Shown piece by piece: positions 45,621 to 54,446 of a stretch of DNA of 58,581 nt. A program made the position numbers and the translations under genes. The notes under the pieces were generated by a model, which saw only the letters and a list, made by a program, of their open reading frames with translations, was not told where the DNA came from and searched no databases. The stretch is from a virus (Duplodnaviria; Caudoviricetes), in the IMG/VR virus record IMGVR_UViG_3300025732_000046, positions 1-58,581 of that record. One strand, 5' to 3'. Numbering within the stretch: position 1 is the first letter of the stretch; each line of letters begins with the position of its first letter.

Positions 45621-46604
45621 ATGCCATCATATTTCAGAAAAGTACCATCATTTGAATACGTTAGCAGAGATCCTAATGCTAAAATTGGAGATTATGTTCA
45701 GGTCAAAAACTTATTCAAAAGAGGAGAGATACGTCCAGATATTTTTGGCAACTTAGCTTACTTTGAAAAGTACAAAATTATAGGTGATGATCGTCCAGAT
45801 AATGTTGCATATGAAATTTATGATGATCCTACATTGGATTGGATAGTATTACTATCAAATAATATCATTAATATACAAACAGAGTGGCCATTAACTCAAA
45901 ACTCTTTTGACACTTTTCTGAAAGAAAAATATGCAAGTATTGACATCTCCAATATGTACTTACAAATTGTTGGAGAAGTTCCATCCGTCATACCATTGTC
46001 ACCCGAACCACAAAAATATTTGACTGGTACAATGACATCTGATGGTAACTATTTTTCTCAACCACCATCAAAAGAAAACTGTGTTCTTGCTCAAGATACT
46101 CAACATCTTTGGGTTTTTAATGGTGAAGTATGGGAAGATTTTGGAAAACTAAGTAAAATTTCAGATACTTATTTTAAGTTATCAGATATTCCAAATTACC
46201 TAGATAAGTTAGATAATGATAGGAAAACAACAGAAGAAACCTTATATTATATTATTTACAATGGAATTCACCATTATGAGTCAATAGAAGTTAAAAACAG
46301 TAAAGGAGTTACTATATTACCGGCAGGTCTTAATATTTCTCCAGATTATTCAATTAATTACTATGACTCTTATATTGATGAGCATTTAGATTCAATAGAT
46401 ATAGGACCCATTGCTACTCCTATCACAATCTATGAATATGAAGAAAGAATAGAAGATGCTAAAAGAAATATCTACGTTCTAAAGTCAAGATACTTAAATA
46501 TCATTATTGATGATCTAGAAGAAGCAATGAGATACAAAGAAGGGTCCAGTCAATATAAGACCGAGACCCTTAAACGTGCTGATGATATCAGGCTTTATAG
46601 TTAA
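45621..46604 (+). CDS. gp53: Baseplate wedge subunit, with internal insertion
   Basis: IGDDRPDNVAYEIYDDPTLDWIVLLSNNI..IQTEWP; HHYE; YEYE...KRNIYVLK. Confidence 0.9.
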   Translation: MPSYFRKVPSFEYVSRDPNAKIGDYVQVKNLFKRGEIRPDIFGNLAYFEKYKIIGDDRPDNVAYEIYDDPTLDWIVLLSNNIINIQTEWPLTQNSFDTFLKEKYASIDISNMYLQIVGEVPSVIPLSPEPQKYLTGTMTSDGNYFSQPPSKENCVLAQDTQHLWVFNGEVWEDFGKLSKISDTYFKLSDIPNYLDKLDNDRKTTEETLYYIIYNGIHHYESIEVKNSKGVTILPAGLNISPDYSINYYDSYIDEHLDSIDIGPIATPITIYEYEERIEDAKRNIYVLKSRYLNIIIDDLEEAMRYKEGSSQYKTETLKRADDIRLYS

Positions 46605-47549
46605 TCAATCTTCAGCAAGACGCTGGAAGTAAGAGAGTGCATCGTCCTCATCTTCATCCTGAGTAATCTTAGGAAGTGAAGGTGACTTAGAGCGAGCATA
46701 AGATTGCTCCAGTTCCTCAACAACACGACTCTCAACAGAGGGTTTCTCTGCATAAGATTCATACTCTTCCTCTTCTTCCATCACAGCACGGGAACGTGCG
46801 GGAGAAGAATTCTGAAGACCCAGAACAACGTTCATACGTGCTTCCAATTCTTCATAGGACTTGAACTGATCAGGAGCAGTTACTGCTGCCAGAGAATACT
46901 CTTTCTTCCAGATGGCTTCCAGAGCATCGTCATCATCCAGTAGTGGTTCAACAGAACCAAATTCTGACTTGTCGTAATTCCAGTACCCATCTTTCTTGAC
47001 GATTTTGAGTTTGAAATTCGCACCCTGCCAGAAGTCAAAGGGATTGATAGGAGTTTCATCCTCAAACTCAGGTTGCATTGCTTCCATAATCTTATCAAAG
47101 ATCTTCTTGCCATATTTGAACAGGAAGACCTTACCTTCGTTTTGAGGATTGGTAGGGTCTTTTACAACATAAATGTTGCTGTAATAAGACAGTTTACGCT
47201 TCTGCTTACGAACAGTTTCCTTATCTTTGTCGCTACCGCTGTTCCACAGTTTGCGATTATACTCAGAAACAGGATCTTTCTGACCCAGAGTTGTCAGAGA
47301 GTTTTCAATAAACCAACCACCAGGACCTTGGAAACCATGAGAATAAATCTTTGCCCAAGGAACATCCTCTCCTTCGGGGGCAGGGAGGAAACGAATCACT
47401 GCAAAACCGTTTCCAGTTTTATCAAGTTCGGGTTTCCAGAGACGATCATCTTCACCACCACTGGTGGAACTCATTTTTTCAACTTCTTTCACCAGTTTTT
47501 CGGTGAGAGAACCAAGTTTGGATTGTTTTTTAAGATCAGAAAAACTCAT
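46605..47549 (-). CDS. gp32: Single-stranded DNA-binding protein
   Basis: DDRLWKPELDKTGNGFAVIRFLP; YGKKIFDKI; NYDKSEF; acidic tail. Confidence 0.96.
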   Translation of the reverse strand: MSFSDLKKQSKLGSLTEKLVKEVEKMSSTSGGEDDRLWKPELDKTGNGFAVIRFLPAPEGEDVPWAKIYSHGFQGPGGWFIENSLTTLGQKDPVSEYNRKLWNSGSDKDKETVRKQKRKLSYYSNIYVVKDPTNPQNEGKVFLFKYGKKIFDKIMEAMQPEFEDETPINPFDFWQGANFKLKIVKKDGYWNYDKSEFGSVEPLLDDDDALEAIWKKEYSLAAVTAPDQFKSYEELEARMNVVLGLQNSSPARSRAVMEEEEEYESYAEKPSVESRVVEELEQSYARSKSPSLPKITQDEDEDDALSYFQRLAED

Positions 47550-47602
47550 TTTAATTACCTTTTTTGATTGGATTAATTAGATTTGGCCTTTATAACGACT
47601 TT

Positions 47603-47631
47603 ATTCTACTTGTAATAGAAAGGGATGTCAA
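47603..47631 (-). promoter_or_regulatory. Sigma70-like early promoter for gp32
   Basis: TTGACA-17 nt-TAGAAT. Confidence 0.85.
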
Positions 47632-48128
47632 GCCCGTGTCCATCCTTTATGCTGTTTCCTACCTTCAACACCATTTACAACTTTAGACATAGCAGCAGGA
47701 TCAATATTTTTTTCTAAGCAAAATTCTTTTAAATTTCTAGTAATATGAATTTTTCCATTAGGATCTTTTAATTTCCATTCTATTGGATTTTTTAAATACT
47801 TATTATTTCTAGAAATTCTATTATGCTGAACACAAAGATTCATATTTTCGGTTTGAGTTCCCCACTTTAAATTTGATAAATTATTGTTTTTTGGATTATC
47901 ATCAAGGTGCAAAACATTTGGAAAATTATTTGGGTTGTTCAAAAATGCTTCAGCAACTAATCTGTGAACATAAAAGGTTTTCCATTTTCCTTCATCAGTT
48001 TTTAAAGACACAAAATTATATCCACAGTTATTTTCATAAACATTTATATAATTTTTTTTAGAAAGAGAAAATATTTTTCCAGTATCTTCAACAAGATAAT
48101 TAGAAAGTTCTTTTAATTTATTAAACAT
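47628..48128 (-). mobile_element. Free-standing HNH homing endonuclease
   Basis: VHRLVAEAFL...VLHLDDNPKNNNLSNLKWGTQTEN (HNH_3); C-terminal NUMOD-like domain ending QHKGW. Confidence 0.88.
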
Positions 48129-48132
48129 AATT

Positions 48133-48169
48133 TATGTCTTTTACTTCTAACTATTTAGTAAAAGACATA
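48133..48169 (-). promoter_or_regulatory. 13-bp hairpin containing a late promoter, upstream of the HNH gene
   Basis: TATGTCTTTTACT-AAATAGTTAGA-AGTAAAAGACATA; CTAAATA spans the 5' arm and loop. Confidence 0.75.
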
Positions 48170-48174
48170 TTCTA

Positions 48175-48516
48175 TCAGTCCTGGTCGTGCTTGTCAATCT
48201 GTTGCTTCATCATCTCAAGAATCTTGGACATATTGTTAAGAATGATATTCATATCAGTTCCTTGAGGCATACCCATCATCATTGCAGATTCAACAATGCG
48301 ATCTTTCATCATTCTAGCTTCAGGGTCATCAGATAAACTCATTCTTGTGTAAAGAACTTTCTGCTTTTCTATAAGACGCTCAAGAAGTTCAACGTGCTCT
48401 AGTCGTTCATCTTTGGTCATTGTAGGAAACTTGAAGATGTTTGAGTAAACCTCTTCTTGCATCTCTGCAATCTCTGTCATTTCAGCACGAACAACATCCG
48501 AACTAAAAAAATTCAT
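48175..48516 (-). CDS. DUF1825-like cyanobacterial/cyanophage protein
   Basis: FFSSDVVRAE...LIEKQKVLYTRMSLSDDPEA. Confidence 0.75.
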   Translation of the reverse strand: MNFFSSDVVRAEMTEIAEMQEEVYSNIFKFPTMTKDERLEHVELLERLIEKQKVLYTRMSLSDDPEARMMKDRIVESAMMMGMPQGTDMNIILNNMSKILEMMKQQIDKHDQD

Positions 48517-49109
48517 GAATCCTCCAGAACAATCTCTTTTAAAATTTTACGAAATCTGAATATATCAATATTTAGAAAAGGGTTATATTTTTTAATTCTA
48601 CGACTGACGGTTTCCCACACTGGATCTTTCAGTTTTTTATCAAAATTATTTGAATAAGAAAAGATCTTATCGTAAATAACAAGTGTTTCTAAACTTACTT
48701 TTCCAGTTAAAAACCTTTTAAGAAGTGGAGGATGACCTTTAGAGCAACTAAAAACTTCTTCTAGTTTATTCTCTTCAAACAAAGATTGACTTTCTTCTTT
48801 AAAAAGATATGAAAGAGATTGAATTTTCTTCTGCCAGTTTTGGTATCGTTCTTCTCCTTCCTTTATCATTTCACCAATCCAAAGAGTTTCTGGATCATTG
48901 CAGGAGACAAAATTAGCAACAAAAAAGTCCACAACTTCCTGATCCGATTTTTGCCTTGCAACCTTTTCAAACCACATTCTGTCCTTTCGTTTATAAAAAG
49001 ATTGAAGGCTTGCCCTACTCTTCCCACAATATTTAAAGTAATCATAACTGTCCTTGGTGAAATGATTCTTCAAGGACAGATAAGTTTTATAGGAGTCAAA
49101 TGGCATCAT
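48513..49109 (-). CDS. gp59: Helicase loader
   Basis: YKTYLSLKNHFTKDSYDYFKYCGK...FYKRKDR...KKYNPFL. Confidence 0.9.
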   Translation of the reverse strand: MMPFDSYKTYLSLKNHFTKDSYDYFKYCGKSRASLQSFYKRKDRMWFEKVARQKSDQEVVDFFVANFVSCNDPETLWIGEMIKEGEERYQNWQKKIQSLSYLFKEESQSLFEENKLEEVFSCSKGHPPLLKRFLTGKVSLETLVIYDKIFSYSNNFDKKLKDPVWETVSRRIKKYNPFLNIDIFRFRKILKEIVLEDS

Positions 49110-49164
49110 TCAAAAAAGTAATATAAGGATTTTTTACCGGAAAAATTTTTCCACCAAAATCAAA

Positions 49165-49422
49165 TCAAAGTGGCAATTTTGCACGGGAACTCTTCTTTAA
49201 AAAGTTAAGTTCCATTGCTTCATACTTAAGTTTTTCTTTCAGTGGTTTTGAGATGAGTTTCGGAACCGATTCCAAGTCAATATTATTCTGCTCACAGAAA
49301 TGAATAATCGCATCAATATAATTCATTTCAACATTGATTTGCACAAGATTCTCAATCTCTTGTGCAAACCGCGAAGGGCAGAAAAACTTACTTTCAAGAA
49401 CCTTTTCTAACTCATTCTCCAT
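49165..49422 (-). CDS. gp33: Late transcription coactivator
   Basis: FAQEIE...YIDAIIHFCE..NID.ESVPKLISKPLKEKLKYEA; start reassigned to ATG 49422. Confidence 0.92.
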   Translation of the reverse strand: MENELEKVLESKFFCPSRFAQEIENLVQINVEMNYIDAIIHFCEQNNIDLESVPKLISKPLKEKLKYEAMELNFLKKSSRAKLPL

Positions 49423-50092
49423 CTGGCCTAGTATTGTGAGATACAAATTCTTTAATATAACGAACTAAGAGTTTAATATAATCCCCTTTGTTTCTTTTGT
49501 CAAATACCTTCACTTCTCCACCAGGAGTTACCATTAATGTGATCAGTTTTTTAATTGGTTTACCAGTCATTTCATAATAAGCAGATGCATAAAACATCTC
49601 TTGAACAAAATAGTTCTCAATCCACTCTTCTGGTTTAATCTTATCTGAAGTTTTAAAGTCGATAACTGCTAACTCCCCCTCATATTCGGCAATACAATCA
49701 ACTCGTCCAGCAAGTCCAAAGTATTCGGAATAGAGAGTTCTTTCAATCGCATGAATATTATTTATCTTATCAAGTTCTACCTTTGCATGATAGAACATAT
49801 GTTTTGTCAGAGGTTGATAATTATCCCAGTTTAGTTCTTTGTTTTCAAGATAGTCCTGACAAACTTGGTGAAAATCAGTACCTCTTGCTGTTGCTCTTTT
49901 AGTAATGCGATTTGCTTCTTCAAGACCCACTCTCTTTCGCCAATTCACAAAGATCTGACGGTTGTAGAATGAAGTAACTGAGGTAATTGAGGGCACCCAC
50001 TGACCATCGGGTAGATGGTAGAGTCGGATGCCATTTGTTTCTTTCTTTTCTAATTCAATATCACCTAGAAAATTATGATGAATAAAGGTCAT
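49412..50092 (-). CDS. PD-(D/E)XK exonuclease (Cas4-like)
   Basis: PSITSV; RGTDFH; AGRVDCIAEY; IDFKTS; YFVQ. Confidence 0.88.
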   Translation of the reverse strand: MTFIHHNFLGDIELEKKETNGIRLYHLPDGQWVPSITSVTSFYNRQIFVNWRKRVGLEEANRITKRATARGTDFHQVCQDYLENKELNWDNYQPLTKHMFYHAKVELDKINNIHAIERTLYSEYFGLAGRVDCIAEYEGELAVIDFKTSDKIKPEEWIENYFVQEMFYASAYYEMTGKPIKKLITLMVTPGGEVKVFDKRNKGDYIKLLVRYIKEFVSHNTRPDGE

Positions 50093-50841
50093 AGATTCAA
50101 TTCCGTTTTTGCAACAATATACTCTTTAACTAATCCTGAGCGAACGATATCCTCAATACCAAATTCAATAATATCAAACGAAGGCATTACACGAAGAATC
50201 TTCATAAAATCAATAATACCATTCTTTTCATTAGTTTTAATCAGATCACTTTGAGTAGCATCGCCACAGAACATAATTTTACTATGTTCACCAACGCGAG
50301 TGATAATTGAATCCAACTCATGGAAGTTAAGATTCTGGAATTCATCTACGATAATGATTGCATTGTCCAGAGTAGTTCCGCGAATAAAAGAAGTACTCCA
50401 AAAACTAATCGTACCTTGTAGTTTGAGGTTTCCATAGAGCATCTCAAAAGAAGCGTCGTCTGGCATTTGGAACATATACTTTACCATATTCTTATATGGA
50501 ATTTGGTAAAGGGATGATTTATCTTCGTGATCTCCTGGAAGGAATCCAATTTCACGGGTAGCAACAAGAGACCTTACGATATAGATCTTCTCATAAGGAG
50601 TTCTTTCATCAAGAACATCTTGTAGAGCATTATAGAGTGTGATAAAAGTTTTACCTGTTCCTGCCGCTCCATAGGCAACAATATTTTGACTTGATTCGTA
50701 TGCCTTATAGAGAAGTTTTTGATTTTCTGTGAGAGGTTCAATCTCTCTCATTAAATCAGCACTGATTGGTTTCTTACGCTTCATTTGTTTTGCAGTAAGT
50801 CCAACACCAATCGGTTGATCATTCGTTCTTTTTCTTGCCAT
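50089..50841 (-). CDS. phoH: PhoH-family ATPase
   Basis: GAAGTGKT; IGFLPG; RGTTLDNAIIIVDEFQN; GDATQSDL; DIVRSGLVK. Confidence 0.95.
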   Translation of the reverse strand: MARKRTNDQPIGVGLTAKQMKRKKPISADLMREIEPLTENQKLLYKAYESSQNIVAYGAAGTGKTFITLYNALQDVLDERTPYEKIYIVRSLVATREIGFLPGDHEDKSSLYQIPYKNMVKYMFQMPDDASFEMLYGNLKLQGTISFWSTSFIRGTTLDNAIIIVDEFQNLNFHELDSIITRVGEHSKIMFCGDATQSDLIKTNEKNGIIDFMKILRVMPSFDIIEFGIEDIVRSGLVKEYIVAKTELNL

Positions 50842-50847
50842 ATGTGA

Positions 50848-51090
50848 TTAGATTTTTTTGACTTTTGAACCAGGCATCTTGGCAGCACGACCAAGAACAT
50901 CATTCCAACCAGGATTTTTGGAGATTAACTTATTCTGCCAATCTCCAACCTCTCCAGGAGTTGCACATCCTTCAGACCAATCCCTTTGCCACTCAGGATT
51001 GTCTTTATACCATTGCTGAATGTCATGAACGCTCATTTCAATGACTTTCTTTTCACCAGTTTCTTTGTGAACAATTGGGTAGATTGCCAA
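50848..51090 (-). CDS. Conserved T4-like phage hypothetical protein
   Basis: 80 aa; MAIYP...TGE...WNDVL..AAKMPGS. Confidence 0.7.
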   Translation of the reverse strand: MAIYPIVHKETGEKKVIEMSVHDIQQWYKDNPEWQRDWSEGCATPGEVGDWQNKLISKNPGWNDVLGRAAKMPGSKVKKI

Positions 51091-51119
51091 TTTTATTCCT
51101 CCATTTTATATGAGAGTAT

Positions 51120-51839
51120 TTATTCAATAGTGATTGAACGTGCATCAGAGCATTCTGGGCAATCTTCACGAGTCCAACCAAGAGCAGTAGAAACTGCGGG
51201 AAATTGACAAGTAAAAATACAACGAACTGCCTCAGCAATATCCATATGTTCCTTTTGTGTACCATGTCCAGCACGAAGATCAATGTAGTGAATCCAGGAC
51301 CTCACAGAACCCGTCATATAGAGGCGTGTAGGCGTCGCTAAGGGCAGTACGAACCTTGCACACTCCTTTGCTACTCCTTTCTCCAGAAGGCGATCATAGA
51401 CCCTCTGGGACTGCTCAAACAGAACACGGATATCTTCCAGTAGAGTAAGCCTCACATAATCAGGAAGATCATCAATTGAGTTCTGACGATTCTTAGTATC
51501 TTGACGACGAAGTTCAGGAAGAGGAATAGTTTGATTTAGAAGATTAGTATCAGCATACCGTTGAGAAAACTCCTGAAATGTAAATGACCTATGACGCAGT
51601 ATCTGAGCTGCAATACCTCTTGTCGTATTGATTTCTATAGTCATCGAAGCTTGTTCGAAAATACTCCAGTGCTGATGCTTAATGCAATATTTAAGGAGCC
51701 CATCAAAACTTTCATTGTCTTGATTTTTTGGATTAGAAACGCGGGCACAATACGCCATATGTTTTTCTGCATCTGGCGTAACCGACACCAGTTTTACTTC
51801 TGGTTTCATGAATTCAAATTCTTCAAACATGTCCTTCAC
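51120..51839 (-). CDS. thyX: FAD-dependent thymidylate synthase
   Basis: HWSIFE; [17 protein letters not shown]; KECARFVLP; true start may be a few codons downstream. Confidence 0.95.
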   Translation of the reverse strand: MKDMFEEFEFMKPEVKLVSVTPDAEKHMAYCARVSNPKNQDNESFDGLLKYCIKHQHWSIFEQASMTIEINTTRGIAAQILRHRSFTFQEFSQRYADTNLLNQTIPLPELRRQDTKNRQNSIDDLPDYVRLTLLEDIRVLFEQSQRVYDRLLEKGVAKECARFVLPLATPTRLYMTGSVRSWIHYIDLRAGHGTQKEHMDIAEAVRCIFTCQFPAVSTALGWTREDCPECSDARSITIE

Positions 51840-52087
51840 AATTCATCTCCACTATTTTTATTTGAAACTTTATAATTTTTATTTGCTTTTATGATTTCGA
51901 ATAAATCGTCATCAAAATCATCATTCTCTCCATCATAAAACACTTCATCATAATCATCAATATAAGGAGCAACCTCTTCATATTGTGGTTTATATGAATC
52001 TACATCAGAATATACTTCTGACTTTAAACAATCCACAAGGGACTCAAGGTTTCTAATGATTAACTTAAGCTTTTCTTTATCCATCAT
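51836..52087 (-). CDS. Hypothetical protein
   Basis: 83 aa; [27 protein letters not shown]; early promoter upstream. Confidence 0.7.
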   Translation of the reverse strand: MMDKEKLKLIIRNLESLVDCLKSEVYSDVDSYKPQYEEVAPYIDDYDEVFYDGENDDFDDDLFEIIKANKNYKVSNKNSGDEL

Positions 52088-52107
52088 GATTAACCCTCAC
52101 AAAGGTA

Positions 52108-52147
52108 ATTATACATAAAAAAAGAGAGGGAGTCAAGTCCCTCTCTT
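52108..52147 (-). terminator. Terminator overlapping a sigma70 promoter
   Basis: AAGAGAGGGA-CTTGAC-TCCCTCTCTT plus T-tract; TTGACT (loop)-17 nt-TATAAT. Confidence 0.8.
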
Positions 52148-52152
52148 AATTA

Positions 52153-52254
52153 TCAAGCAACTTGGGGTTGCTTTGCCATATTCAGTTGTGCGTCTTTAAG
52201 AAGTTGTTCCTTCTTTGCTTTTTTCTTAAGATAACGAACGAAGTAAGTGTTCAT
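52153..52254 (-). CDS. Small basic peptide (33 aa)
   Basis: MNTYFVRYLKKKAKKEQLLKDAQLNMAKQPQVA; ATGA-coupled to the upstream ORF, GGAGG upstream. Confidence 0.7.
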   Translation of the reverse strand: MNTYFVRYLKKKAKKEQLLKDAQLNMAKQPQVA

Positions 52255-52388
52255 TTGTGCCCCTCCTTTACAAACTTAACACCACGATAGGTTTCGTTGT
52301 ATTGTTGGGGTTGTTGCATCATTTGCTGTTGATATGCAATACGCTTTTGCGTATCATACTCAACACCGCGATATACTACTTTAGACAT
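52251..52388 (-). CDS. DUF4278-family peptide (45 aa)
   Basis: MSKVVYRGVEYDTQKRIAYQQQMMQQPQQYNETYRGVKFVKEGHK with two YRGV motifs; AAGGAG RBS. Confidence 0.85.
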   Translation of the reverse strand: MSKVVYRGVEYDTQKRIAYQQQMMQQPQQYNETYRGVKFVKEGHK

Positions 52389-52420
52389 TAGGTTTTCTCC
52401 TTAGTTTTTTAGGTTAAAGA

Positions 52421-52516
52421 GCGTTCCTTCAGTCGGCGTTTGCGTTCGCTATTTGCGAATAGCGAATGAACGATCCGTTCCGCGTCGGCTTACTTCCGTC
52501 CCATATGGGATGAACG
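52421..52516 (-). ncRNA. Tandem glutamine riboswitch (glnA/Downstream-peptide class)
   Basis: Two units, CGTTCATCCC..GGGACGGAAGTAAGCCGACGCGGAACG and ATCGTTCATTCG..CGAACGCAAACGCCGACTGAAGGAACG, each closed by CGTTC/GAACG; directly upstream of DUF4278. Confidence 0.85.
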
Positions 52517-52523
52517 TAGGATC

Positions 52524-52574
52524 ATTATAGACCCGTTGGTTTATATATGCAACTAACTTTGTAACATTTGTTAC
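52524..52574 (-). promoter_or_regulatory. Sigma70 promoter plus NtcA-type box
   Basis: TTGCAT-17 nt-TATAAT (52524-52552); GTAACATTTGTTAC = GTA-N8-TAC at 52561-52574. Confidence 0.65.
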
Positions 52575-52897
52575 CGTTCTATATAACTTAAAGTATGATT
52601 GGTAGCATATAACTGCTGAATGATTATATCGCAACCAATCTTAGGGTTACAATCTCCGCAGGTATAAACATCCACTGCTGCTTTACCTTCCTCTGGCCAA
52701 GTATGGATGCTGATATGACTTTCAGACAACAAGCAAATCACAGTGACTCCCTGAGGAGTAAACTTTTTTGAGATGGTCTGAACTACAGTTGCACCACTTG
52801 CCGATGCAGCGTTCTCTAATAGGTCTATAAGACAACGCTCGTCGTCCAAAAGGACAAACGAGCATCCATACAAGTTAAGTAGATAATGCTTCCCCAT
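52571..52897 (-). CDS. speD: S-adenosylmethionine decarboxylase proenzyme
   Basis: GKHYLL; F.PQGVT; LSESHISIHTWPE; AVDVYTCG. Confidence 0.93.
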   Translation of the reverse strand: MGKHYLLNLYGCSFVLLDDERCLIDLLENAASASGATVVQTISKKFTPQGVTVICLLSESHISIHTWPEEGKAAVDVYTCGDCNPKIGCDIIIQQLYATNHTLSYIER

Positions 52898-52898
52898 T

Positions 52899-53111
52899 TT
52901 ACAGTGGATTTTCCTCCGCTTCCTTAATCAATGAACTTACAATCTCTTCTGTTCCGTCCATTGTTTTGATAGCGTACAGAGATGATTTTTGATATTTTTT
53001 AATTTTTTTATATTGTTTCAAAACAATATCAATATTGTCTAGATCTATGGTAATGTTTGCATCTTTACCAACTCTATTTTCTTTTCCTTGTCCCCCAAAT
53101 CCTGCGCTCAT
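52899..53111 (-). CDS. Hypothetical protein
   Basis: MSAGFGGQG...; ATG overlaps the upstream stop codon. Confidence 0.6.
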   Translation of the reverse strand: MSAGFGGQGKENRVGKDANITIDLDNIDIVLKQYKKIKKYQKSSLYAIKTMDGTEEIVSSLIKEAEENPL

Positions 53112-53458
53112 TTCCTTTTCTTTTTTTCTGGTTTCTGATATCCCCATAGTTTTGGGTTAGTTCTTCCGTATCCAAAATCAATTTTTTGAACTGATCCTGG
53201 ACCAAACCTATCATAATACATATCAAAAATACGAACTCTAGATCCTCTCACAAGATCAATGTGAGTTTCTCCATCTATATTATACCAAATTAAATAAGCA
53301 TCATTTGGAAAAGATTTATCTTTTGCCTTTTCAAGTAAAGTTTTTTCTAAAAGAACTTCGCAACCATATTCATGAGGCAGAACTTTTTTTTCCTTTTTTG
53401 AAGATTCTGCCATTGTTTTTTTCTCCTTTACAGATACTGTCATGAACGACCACCCCAT
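53108..53458 (-). CDS. Hypothetical cyanophage protein
   Basis: FPNDAYL...IFDMYYD...IDFGYGRTNPKLWG; start uncertain. Confidence 0.7.
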   Translation of the reverse strand: MGWSFMTVSVKEKKTMAESSKKEKKVLPHEYGCEVLLEKTLLEKAKDKSFPNDAYLIWYNIDGETHIDLVRGSRVRIFDMYYDRFGPGSVQKIDFGYGRTNPKLWGYQKPEKKKRK

Positions 53459-54030
53459 TGAATATCTGGGTATGCTTCACTTACAATTTCTTTAGTGATT
53501 TTATATTTAGTGCTAAGTTTTTTATCTTTAACAAGGCAGAGAATCTCTGCTTCAAGAGGATGAAGTCCTTGAAGGATATTAATAAACATGGTTTCTCTAC
53601 GAAGAGAACTCAAACCATCATTACCACCTTTTACAAAATTATAAAACATATGATATTCTTTGCGAATAGATGATCTCCCTTGGTCCATAGATCCAAGAGA
53701 ATTAGAGTTTAACTCTTCCATTTTCAAAACTGCATCATCAATCTTATTGCTTAAAGTTCCACTATAAGATGTCTGTTCCCCAGTACTAGCGTATGGAACA
53801 TCCCCTTGAGGTAAAAGTGAAATTATAGAATCATCAAAATTCCAAATAAGAATTGTTTTTAAAGAAGGATCTTCATAATTTTGAAGAACTTCTACCTTTT
53901 TTGCATTTGTTCTTTGTTTTGAAGCTAGATTCAAAACTTCAAATATGAAAGGATTTGTTGGAAGATCCTCAATTGTCGATTCGGTCTTCTTCTTCGTCTT
54001 CGTCGTCGTAGTCATAATCGGTATTTTCAA
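53440..54030 (-). CDS. Conserved T4-like protein (DUF6433-like)
   Basis: LIWNFDD...LPQGDVPY; RRETMFINILQGLHPLEAEIL. Confidence 0.75.
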   Translation of the reverse strand: MKIPIMTTTTKTKKKTESTIEDLPTNPFIFEVLNLASKQRTNAKKVEVLQNYEDPSLKTILIWNFDDSIISLLPQGDVPYASTGEQTSYSGTLSNKIDDAVLKMEELNSNSLGSMDQGRSSIRKEYHMFYNFVKGGNDGLSSLRRETMFINILQGLHPLEAEILCLVKDKKLSTKYKITKEIVSEAYPDIQWGGRS

Positions 54031-54211
54031 ATCGTACAGATACTATTTCGTCAGGTATCACCTGCCCATTTTCATCAAAGAACTCTGGATGCAAATATGG
54101 AGGTCTTGACTCTAACAAATGCCTATAAGTTAACCAACCTATTATACCTCCTGTCATAAAAAAGAGCAACGTGAACATTACAGTGAATGTAATTACATAT
54201 GCTGTTTCCAT
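53969..54211 (-). CDS. Small membrane protein
   Basis: N-terminal TM helix; LHPEFFDENG motif. Confidence 0.75.
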   Translation of the reverse strand: METAYVITFTVMFTLLFFMTGGIIGWLTYRHLLESRPPYLHPEFFDENGQVIPDEIVSVRFENTDYDYDDEDEEEDRIDN

Positions 54212-54229
54212 TTGTTTTCTCCAGAGAGT

Positions 54230-54427
54230 TTATTTTTTCCTAATATCAAAGTGAAATTCTATAAAGAAGTGAAACTCTCTACGGAAAAGAGAGATCATTT
54301 TACCAAACTTCACTTGAAAAGTTTTTGGTTTTTCTGATCTTCCCCTCCTATTTCTAAGTAATAATTCAACGCCTCTATTAATTTGAGGTTCTGATTTATT
54401 TAGTTTTGCTTCCTGGTCGCCTGTCAT
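54230..54427 (-). CDS. Hypothetical protein
   Basis: 65 aa; INRGVELLLR. Confidence 0.65.
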   Translation of the reverse strand: MTGDQEAKLNKSEPQINRGVELLLRNRRGRSEKPKTFQVKFGKMISLFRREFHFFIEFHFDIRKK

Positions 54428-54446
54428 ATTTACTCCCAGGAACTTA

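Noticed and set aside
46595-46615. Convergent gp53 and gp32 abut with no spacer or terminator
   Set aside because: Consistent with ordinary compact T4-like gene packing; no further evidence of antisense control
52449-52634. 61-aa minus-strand ORF
   Set aside because: Overlaps speD, the promoter and the riboswitch; better explained as non-coding regulatory sequence
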